Source of the DNA: Acanthaster planci
Lineage: Eukaryota
DNA: 20,000 nt
Assembly (NCBI RefSeq): GCF_001949145.1
Contig: NW_019091357.1
Location: 417,580-437,579 of the forward strand
Direction: 5' to 3'
Below the pieces are notes generated by a model. The model was not told where the DNA came from, did not search any database, and saw only the letters and a program-made list of their open reading frames with translations. Shown here in pieces: positions 10,968 to 20,000 of the stretch. Within the stretch, counting starts at the first letter, position 1. The number at the start of each line of letters is the position of its first letter. The position numbers were made by a program, and so were the translations under genes.

Positions 10968-13900
10968 TGAAGGACACCCGTCTTATAGAAAAACTATAAG
11001 GTTTGAGTCAATAATAGTGGTCGGAAAAATCTTTGTATTGAGTTCGAGTGGTCGGCATTTGTATCGCTATATAAATACATATTTCTAATCATTATAGTGC
11101 CCAGAAAACATACGAAGTTTCATCCGATCGATGTAGAAACTTGAAAGCAATCAGTACAATCGTCCTGCTGCGAACATATCTCAGATGCTTAGATCAACAG
11201 AAGAAATAACAGTCCGAGCTGTTGTTTATTCTAAGAACGAATTTTCTCCCACGTCGGATGGCACCTAACGGCAAACTCCGCACGGCATAGCAACCCACTC
11301 ATTTCTCACTCATGATGGCACGTCACAAACCCCGTAGCAATCCAGGTCATTTCTGATTCAACAACTGAGGCAGGAGTTACATCCTCTTGAATGTCTCTCG
11401 TTGCCTCGATGGCACTTCAAGTGGGCCTCCCACGCCGGTTAAGTTGTCGAGCCTTCTTGACTCCACAGAATAGCATTTGTTAGCGCGACCAGATCTTTCA
11501 AGTTGAGGAATCAACTTACGCCGCAGATACCCAAGTGAGGTCCATGCTTATTAATATTTTGAAATCCTGCACCGCTGTAGCGGAAAAATAGTTTTGTGAT
11601 ATTTTTGCTTGTTTCCAAGGACAGATCATTTCGAAAAATTAAGAATGACTAATAGCATTTTAAAAATGGGGTGAGAGTGGGCTTCTGTTTATGACAACAA
11701 TTTGAAGAATTTCGATAACACAAACTTCTAGTATTTAAAAAAATTCCACAGTCACGGGTAAGACCGGGCACTTTGACATTCGTCATATCTTTCCCGGTGG
11801 GGAAAGTCAAACTTTGGACTTGTGCAGATTAGACCAAATAGATGGGTAGCTTCCTAGCAAACCCAGCATGGTAGATCGTAAGAGAAGACGGAGGGTGGAG
11901 GTGGATGAAACCTTGAACTCACTCTCTTGGTGACGTGAATGCACTCGTGCTTGTGACAATATGACACGACCCTCTGCCACATATTTGATCCCAGAGCTCA
12001 AGCTGTTTGGGTGTTTTGGTAACAAAACAAATGCCCATTTCAGCCTTTCCAGACTGTTTGAAATCCCAAGCCACCTGTCAATCATAGTCTGTTTGTCGTT
12101 TCTACAAGCGATCGGCTGTTTACCCTATTGCTTCTGACGTAACAAGAAGACTATATTTTTGCCTGCTCCGTCCGCGATCTCCTGATCAATGTCCCTAATT
12201 TTTGGAATATTCAATTCTCCCGTTTATCGAAAGTGTTTCTCTTGAAAGCTATAATCTCCTCAGATGTATAATAACACAGTGAGGTTCGTTCATAGCTAAC
12301 TGCTCTGGAAGAGGAAGTAGGAAACGTCAGTGGCAAGATTCTCTTACCGCCTGGAAAGTGATTACGGAATCTCTTGCTCACCATCCGCAAATTCTGTGTT
12401 TGGGTCTCGTAAAAAAGGATCTACCCATTTTCGTTATGGGCCACCGTAAACCACAAGCATACGCTCAACCTTGTTGCGATCACTCGGTATATTTTGAGCG
12501 GGATCTCTGTTAGTTCGTGACCCGTGGGATCAATTCGAGGGTCTTGACTTTTCAGAACAGGTGACAAACAGACGAATGAAGTCTCAGTGAGTTCCACACG
12601 TCAAACCTGTACTGCTTGTTGGAGAACAAAATAGAGCCAAACATTTTCATTCTGTTGTAACCATAAAATTTGAGTTTCCTTTGACTTTTTATACATGACA
12701 AACTGTTTTTCTTTCAAGGGTACAATATTAAGAATGACACTTTCACCAGTTTAATACTTCACGACAAGATGTTACGCTTCTTTTAGGACTAACCGCTTAC
12801 GATAGACCAGGATGACAACTGTGTTTCCTCAACAAGTTTTTACCTCGCTCTTAAGTCTGATAGATCTTGAGATTTATGTCTGCTTCGAGTCTGCGTCTGT
12901 TTTTTTATAAGCCATTCCGACAATTCGTCCTCTCTCGCAAATCCGATAGGTCTAAACAGCCTGAAACATCGGCATAAGGCAAATGACCGCGACGCCTGGT
13001 GGTAAGGACGGCCCATTAATTCATGTGATCGCTCATTTTGCAAAACAGTCTCGATTTCCAATAATCTGACCAGACCCTAATCGATACCAATAGGCCTACT
13101 ACGACAAAATACGCTAACCGCCAATTCCGTGCGCTGCTCCGTACGAGTTCTGCGCAGTTTACATAGCACGCAAATATTTATTTTTAGCTAACCGGTATTA
13201 ATCGAGCGCAAATAACTTGTTCGAGAACTTAGCTATTTCGACCCATAGCGTCGCATATTTTCTTAATGGAAAATTCATTGGCTGGAATAACCAAACAGCC
13301 CAAAAACAAAACCCAGAGAATGAACTACTTGAAACGCACAACTTCCAAGATGAAGACAGGCCCTATACTTCTGAGTGCATGATTAACGCGAGGAGCATAA
13401 AAAGGTCAGAAAACTCTAACAACTTTTCACTTGGCACGCCGGATCGTTTCGAAAGCTTCAAAACAGGTCTTCCCAAGGAGAACCTTTACTTTTCGCAAAA
13501 GGGCAACGCATGCACACAGTAACTAAACAAGGGAAAATTCCACATAAAAAAGTAGAACAAATCACTTTTTTAGAAAATAACCAAATTTGAAATAGAACAT
13601 AAAAAATCAAGTTACTTACCAGGTTGACGCCTTGGAGTTTAGATGTAATTTTGTAGACTCCTGCACTTCAAGCACAATTTAGTCCAAGAAGGATGACAAC
13701 ATCTCCCATTATCTGCAACTTCATATAGTGGTTCACTCTCGGTTACCATTAATCCTGAACCAGTTCCTAAACGACGACGAAGTCAAGGTGTTTCTCATCT
13801 AGTGAATGTATCTCATGAGCTGTCTTGTTCCGTGAGACGAGTGTCTAGTTCTGTCTAGAAGCTTATAAGAACCATTACTGGTATGTAATGCTAAGCAACG

Positions 13901-14803
13901 TGACGCCTACCACGTCGGAATTTACTTGAAAGTTATTCCAAACCAGTCTCCTTTCTTGCACATTCCTTCTCCTCTTCGTCCCACTCAACAAAACCGGGGC
14001 TGTGTAGCAAATGAACTTGGCAAGGCGACACAAGTTCCCTAGAAAGTTCACAAGGAACAACATACAGAGTAATAGATGCAGTGAGAGAGCAAAGCCCCAG
14101 TCCACGCCTCGATGCCTCCTGAACAAACTACCATTCTGGACCAATAATGCCCGGTATTAGCCCGGCACATACTTTTGTTGAGTGGGTTATTTTACCTTCT
14201 GCATTATACTCTGTATAATCCCGGCATACCTCGGTGATTTTTTGACCCTCACGCCTACTGTGAGCAGAGTGACTCTGACGTGAGCTAAGGCTCCCCGCCT
14301 AGATTCTGCCCTGGGACTAGTCCACTTCGGATATGCTTGAATTCTTGAGACACTCTTTTGGTCAGAAAGCAGTAATCAGTGGTCAAGAACTGCTTATATA
14401 ATATTCAGCCTGCCTGTCTACATAACGGAAACATCATTTCATTGTGCCCGTCTCAAACCAAGACACCTCCTAAGTGCATGAAATGACAACTTATCATTAA
14501 AAAAATTGGACGGTCAGATTCCTGCATATTGTGGAGGTCCCTCGTGTTCATGTTGACGTCCCCCCAATATTCGTTTTCCCACTCGTGTGATCTCATGAAC
14601 TTGCCTAGTTGCCTTATTAACACTCACTTGCTTCCGATTAGGAGCCTCTGCTTGGCGACTATGCAGTTTACAATAAACACGTACAATCCCCATATATACC
14701 AAAGGCCTGACCAGCATGAAAACATGCCCACCCGTCATCAAGGGATTTGGTTTTTCTACATCTACAATACAGCAGACAAACCATCGACAATCGTGCACCT
14801 TAC

Positions 14804-14940
14804 TTGTTTGTCTTCTCCAGCGCGCCGCGTTTCAAACAACAATGATCTCGAGTTCCCTGTGATGTTAAAAATACCACCAGCGTATCGATCGGATCAGACT
14901 GGTTATTTACTCCGACTCGACTGGTGAGGTCACATCTCGT
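14804..14940 (-). CDS. Candidate coding exon, caspase-p20-like segment with His->Gln
   Basis: Acceptor tcttctcttctttctactcgggcag| (14941) and donor aa|gtaagg (14803). The 137 bp are open in phase 0: TRCDLTSRVGVNNQSDPIDTLVVFLTSQGTRDHCCLKRGALEKTN. No partner exon was found. Confidence 0.2.
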
Positions 14941-16161
14941 CTGCCCGAGTAGAAAGAAGAGAAGACTGCAGAAATTGCACAGTTAGGTGCTGGTCTAATA
15001 ATTTCCCGCATCATCATCATGTCAACACAGCAGTGACCTTGAAAAAAATCAATCTAGTTGCTCAAAAAATCTTAAAAAGAAACTATCATACAGCATGAGT
15101 ATACAGTTATATTGGCTTTCGCAATGCATGAAAATTACAGAGACAAGTCCTGTAAAAGTTTATCGCTGATTACAGTCCCGAATTTTTTACAACATATCCA
15201 TAATCTTAATTCAAAATTACAGTAGAGTAGGCCTATGAGGACGGTGTGAATCCTAGTGGAATGGATCTTGCTTAGATACCAAGCAGGTCAAAACAAGCTA
15301 CAACCAGACATAGTAATTGATAAAGTGATGGTAAAAGGACCTTTGTACTTGGAATAAACTTAAAATTAACACTTGGAGTGGCAGGTTTTCAAAGTCCTGC
15401 AAACATTTATCAAAATAAAAAACTAGCGCTCTTTGTATGTGCGCATATCCTCCACCCCCTTCCCGTACGCGAGGTGTTTACAATGTCAGCATCCAATACG
15501 TGCTGACTTGTGGGCGGCCAAAATTTTCCAAACGCGCAGCCATTAATTTGCAAACAGCGCCCTCTACCTAAATCTAAACTAAGTCACTGCAGAACGTTCG
15601 AAGTCCCCGTTATTTTTTAACCCAGGTTTATTCCAGGAATGTGATGTATGGTCAGAGGTGAATTGGGTGTCATAGTTTATTAGCTAGCCGTGTCAGAGAT
15701 TCAAAACAAAGCAAAATAGGTGGCATAGTTGTCTCAAGGGGGCACTGAGAATATTGGTAACTAATTGATTTTCTGACAAGCAGTCAATTTGGGTAAACTG
15801 TCAGAAGTCTCGATAAGAACATGATGCTTGGCAAGACCCAGTCTTGGTCCAAGACACTGTATACTGATTCATCGCCTCTCGGCGATGAGTTGCGGGCCAT
15901 TACAAACAGTTGCAGCTTGCTCCAAGACCAGCCAAGGCCACGAACAGTCGCCTGATGTGCCGATGGGTTAGGCAAAATATGCATGCACATGTACAGTACT
16001 TCATCCTCAAAAGCCTACGACTACGACTTGAAGAAGCAAGTCAGATCTTAAATTGTAAATGTAACAGTGGTTCATATGACTTTGGATTGCGATGATTTTG
16101 TCGGCTCATTTTTTGCTTTTTTGCAGAGAATAACAGCATTCCCATGGATCCCACTGCAAGA

Positions 16162-16377
16162 TTGCCTGGCACCCTAGTCTAACAAGGAGGGGCAAAAGAA
16201 GCAGCGGACGATAAAAGACGCTGGGGACGGGGAAAGCGATCGCCGTCTTGCGTTGGTTAGTTACACTCGCTCCGCCAGCTGGTTGCTACTCGCTCGGAGG
16301 TCATTCATTGGAGTTGCATTCCACCAAGTTCCCATGGTGCCCTTCCTAAGTTCTTTTGTGCCGAGTTGGCCAGGCTG
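16162..16377. mobile_element. Possible degenerate MITE with (TA)GCCTGG...CCAGGC(TA)-type ends
   Basis: Left end ttgcctggcaccc and right end gttggccaggctg share a 7-bp inverted core (gcctggc). The interior is GC/CpG-richer than the flanks. Confidence 0.3.
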
Positions 16378-16734
16378 TCTCATACCTGCATTCCAGATTA
16401 TTTTAGGAGCAATATCTCAATGGGAAAGCTGACAGGTGGCTGTATATCCGAATGACATAAATCGAGTAAAGATGTCGAAGTTTCAATTGACTAGAAGTGC
16501 AGTGTAAAACCTTTACGTGAAAATGAACATTCCAGCATTGAACTGTTTTGTTTGGCCAAAAACGATTTATTGTTTTGTGGGTAACAACATATTTTGTCTT
16601 CCTCCGTGGACTAAATGGGTGACTTACTGACACTGTAAAACAAGCCCACTGAGTGCCCACTTTCTGGGCAAAACGCGCTTGATAGGATTATCTCATTTTT
16701 GTTTTTGTTTATTTTTTACATTCTTTGGACTAGC

Positions 16735-16895
16735 TATTTCAAGGTTTGGGCTAAGACTCTGCTGAAGGTTATCAAATCAGCGCTCTCTTGAGAGAAGGTG
16801 TATTTTCAAGTGGAACTGTGACTCTGCTTATGGTTATAGATCAATTCAGCGCTCTCTTGAGAGAAAGTGTATTTTCAAGTGGAACTGAGACCCTG
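16735..16895 (+). repeat. Tandem duplication, period 69 bp, ~2.3 copies
   Basis: atcaaatcagcgctctcttgagagaaggtgtattttcaagtggaactgtgactctg (from 16771) recurs as atcaattcagcgctctcttgagagaaagtgtattttcaagtggaactgagaccctg (from 16840). A more diverged partial unit starts at ~16735. Confidence 0.9.
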
Positions 16896-17978
16896 ATTTT
16901 TTTCGTTTTAACCTTATGTCCCACCCTGAAGCACGTAAATATGAATAAGATCATAGAATGAAAAAAGTTCCACAATTACGTCGCTAGATGTTTGGTGTTC
17001 TATCTAGAAATACCTTTGAGAAATTGGGAAAGGTAAACCGAATCTTTGATTTCAAACTAAGCCATATAAATGTGAAAAACCTACATACTAGAGGCAGCAG
17101 GTGTTTAATCATCACAATTGCATTTAGATCATCAAGAGTTTTATCCGGTCTTGTCGACCGCGACTTTATGAACACGAACATCTTTCCCGAATTTCACATC
17201 CTGCACACATCACAAGAATTCCGAAATAGCTACATTTTACCATTTATTAAGAGGTAACAAAGCCTAAGCAAAGCGTTTATTAATATATCTCCTGATTTCT
17301 TTTTAACCGGGGGGGGGGAGTTGGCTGGAATTTATAAGTACCGGTTGTCCACTGCACTCTGCATGAGGTCTAAGAACTTGATATTTATTGACAATGAACC
17401 CACCGAACTTAAAAAGACCTTGGCTTTGCGGGGCTCTCCCCTTTGTTTCCATTTCCTCGGTTCCGATCAGATTTCTTTCCTCCCCGGGGATGTTTGTCTG
17501 CCTATGAAATCTTGTCATATTTTAACAGCTTGGTTTCATCATAACGTGACAAAAGGGGACACAGAGCATTTGACATGCTGGCATAAGTAAACCATGGCTA
17601 CTGGACAGGTGTCCAAAAAGATTCAAATGAAAGGACAAGTATAAAACCGAAAAAATGCTGTTGAAAAGTACTTCGGGGTTTGGTTTTAGGTCATATTTTG
17701 TACATTTAGAGGTCTAGGTTAGGTTTTCCCAGCTCCTAAAATTCTTTACTCTTAATTTTACCGGAGCCTGGGCGAGGAAAATAATGTAATTAGTCCTCGC
17801 TGAAATCATCATGAAAAGAAGTGGAATCTTTTTTCCAAAAATCCAGAAATCTATTCTCGAATGGCATGTTAGAGATACCATTAAGATGAGCATTAGCCAG
17901 CATTTTACGCACAAAAAACGCATCGCTGCCTTATCCTGTACTTATAATCAACACACTATACTGGTAGGCAGGCGTTAG

Positions 17979-18034
17979 CCATGGAGTCTTACTAGTTACA
18001 GGGGGCGCTGTTCTAGCTTACTCTAAGTCCATGG
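17979..18034. repeat. 56-bp element bounded by CCATGGA...TCCATGG, carrying a CTCF-core-like motif
   Basis: Ends ccatggagt and agtccatgg are inverted at 8/9. The interior contains cagggggcgctg at 17999-18010. Confidence 0.45.
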
Positions 18035-18467
18035 GGTGCACCGGTGCATCAAGTGTAAAATCAACAAAGCTTGTTATTGAGGTTTCTCAAAAACAGAATT
18101 AAATTACTTTCGTCTGTTATTTATCCATTTCTTTTCAATTTTTGTTGGGTTAGGCAAACCCAGTTTTTATTATTCACGCAAGACAAACTCAGCCCCGAAA
18201 ATGGCGTGCTTCACTACCAACGCGCAGACAGAATTTACCCGTGCAGACGAAATGAGCAGCATATTTATTTATGCATGTTAATTCTACTGAGCGGTTGCAT
18301 TAAAATGTATGTACATGTACAATACACGTACATATTTCATAAGTTTCGCCCGATGCTCCTGGTACACGGCCACATTGGATCTGATCGATTCTACATGGTA
18401 CTTGGGCTATATTTATGTTTACAGGTTACCAGACAAATCGATCACTAGCTGAAAACAACGGCCGCTC

Positions 18468-19470
18468 TTTTTATTAATATAAACTTGTTCATATACCACA
18501 GCCCAGTCAACTGAGGTTGTTTTTCAAGGGGCCGTGTTACATAAAAACAGGCGAAATTAAAATACAGAGTCAAACATTTAAATCAAAGAAAAACAAAATG
18601 AAAACTTAAGTCGGTGTGCAAAAAGTAAGAACAAAACCGATTAGTTAGACCTATAACGCATAGTTAATAAACAACTGAACAGTGAAAATCAAATACACTT
18701 GACAACTGAATAGAAAGTAGTTATTGTAAAATGCATGCACGTAAAGAATTCAAGTCACTTGAGTAAATTAAATTATCCACAATAATCGCGAATTTAAAAG
18801 CATAAGATATAATGTGAAATAAACGTTGAGAGTGTAAGTTGCTCATTTAAACGAATGCACAAAATTAGATACGCTAAAGAGTGACTACAAGAAAAAGACC
18901 GTACATAGAAATCATAACAATATGCAGAAAGAATAAATAAAACATTAACATTAAAATATGTAAGAACTTGCCTTGAATTTGGGACACTACTTGTTCGAAC
19001 CTTCTCTCGAAGAAGCACGGCCTGCAATTACATAATAGCAAAACCGAGGTTATCTTTTGTGCAACCAAAAAAGCAAGGACCATATTAAGGAGAAATAATT
19101 CAATCAAGTAATCATTTGAGAGTTGGTGCGCTGTCTACCAGCTTTCGTAGCGTGGTAGTAGAATGGTAGAGTGGTAGAATGTGATGTGCTAGGGATTTTA
19201 AAGGCAAATTTGAGAAAACAATAATAGAAGAAGCCAAAAGGATTTATAAACGTACATTCCAGACAGCAAAAAATTAATGACTTATTGGACCCATTATGTG
19301 AATTTTACATGAGAACATGCTAACTTGTGTGCAACATTCTACTCCTCTGAATTGTAAGAAAAACTCTCTGACATTTCTTCTTTGGTTATAACCCAATGAA
19401 AAGTGTACCGTTGACAACAAAGGAAGATTGACGTGCATTTCTCGACAGTTTATTGTGGGCATTAGAAAGG
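18468..19470 (-). mobile_element. 3' portion of an L2/CR1-group LINE (decayed ORF2 C-terminus + 3'UTR)
   Basis: The minus-strand 3' end has a stem-loop cacggccc...gggctgtg (18536-18497; the mismatch is a G-U pair only on the minus strand) with an inner caac/gttg hairpin. AATAAA and a short A-run follow (18475-18468). A ~420-bp T-rich UTR lies upstream, preceded by ordered degenerate motifs REFFLQFRGV, GMYVYKS, YG..F and LREKVRTSSV/KFK. Confidence 0.55.
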
Positions 19471-19876
19471 AAACGAGCCACGGCTGTTATTTCTTTCGCG
19501 GGACCTCACGAATCCGCTGAGTGTTCTATCACCGCTTTCGCTGATTTCGAAGTGTCCTGGATTCGATGAACGAAAGAGCTCAAACTCTCCTACTTCTCTT
19601 CCTACAAAGTGAAAACACGCTCCTGCCCTGGCATTTCGAAGTTAGATGTGCTTTTTGTCTCAACTGCAATGTGAATTGTCAAATGTCATCAAACATCTTG
19701 CTTAGAGAGTAACGTCATGTGACCCCTCATTCAAAATTGACTTTAGGACAATGTTAAATTCACATTCTAATGAAATTAATTCTGAGTTCAAATGTAAACA
19801 TTGTGTAAGGTTGCGAACTTCATCTTGCTGTGTTTACTGTATGGCGTGCAAAGTTAACATTTAATCCGCGTATGCA

Positions 19877-20000
19877 GATATCGCTATTCCTAATATAGAT
19901 GTCTCTATTGACAATCGAGATAACTCTATTGATACTTGAAATATCTCTGTTGACAATAGAGATATCGCTATTGACAATCGAGATAGCTCTATTGATACTA
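19877..20000. repeat. 21-bp palindromic minisatellite (consensus ~gatatctctattgacaatcga), 6 copies, runs off the window end
   Basis: Units start at 19877, 19898, 19919, 19940, 19961 and 19982. The array is internally self-complementary (atatctctrttg-a-caatagagatat). Confidence 0.95.

Noticed and set aside
11700..12085. Minus-strand RT-like words (LKWAFV, QESEFK..ST, KFDFPH)
   Set aside because: Too degenerate given the false-positive rate I observed for by-eye motif fitting.
14821..14923. Plus-strand exon (ttgtttgtcttctccag| ... ctg|gtgagg)
   Set aside because: The peptide is unrecognisable, there are no partner plus-strand exons, and it overlaps the minus-strand candidate.
15827..15888. 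Two small hairpins (caagac/gtcttg and tcatcgcc/ggcgatga)
   Set aside because: Stems of 6-8 bp are expected by chance, and there is no terminator or ncRNA context.
13217..17590. Plus-strand ORFs 13217-13522, 14529-14927, 16988-17257 and 17321-17590 as LRR or LINE fragments
   Set aside because: Each can be read either way with no invariant motif intact, so none is assigned.
162..19462. Remaining short ORFs from the six-frame track as standalone genes
   Set aside because: They are short, often start at TTG/GTG, overlap on both strands and have no recognisable domains, consistent with random ORFs.
19877..20000. CRISPR array
   Set aside because: The units are contiguous with no unique spacers, no cas genes are present, and the context is eukaryotic.

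Overview
This looks like eukaryotic, repeat-rich, essentially non-coding DNA of roughly 40% GC (estimated by eye). There is no operon-like gene density, and all listed ORFs are short (155 aa or less) and unrecognisable as intact proteins. The repeat style (a CAGGGGCGGATCCAG MITE end, frequent TAGGCCTA and CATGTA words) suggests a marine invertebrate such as an echinoderm; this is inference. Well supported: a ~257-bp MITE, a 22-bp-stem palindrome, a 69-bp tandem duplication, a palindromic 21-bp minisatellite with a 63-bp higher-order period at the window end, and a probable minus-strand L2/CR1-group LINE 3' end. Weakly supported: heavily decayed LINE ORF2-like stretches in 0.8-8 kb, a tRNA-like SINE head, and several splice-bounded minus-strand segments, one encoding a caspase-like 'S(Q)G' segment. 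Caveat: by eye I could fit degenerate LRR, TIR and RT motifs on both strands of the same DNA, so every degenerate-protein call needs HMM confirmation. I found no convincing novel system.
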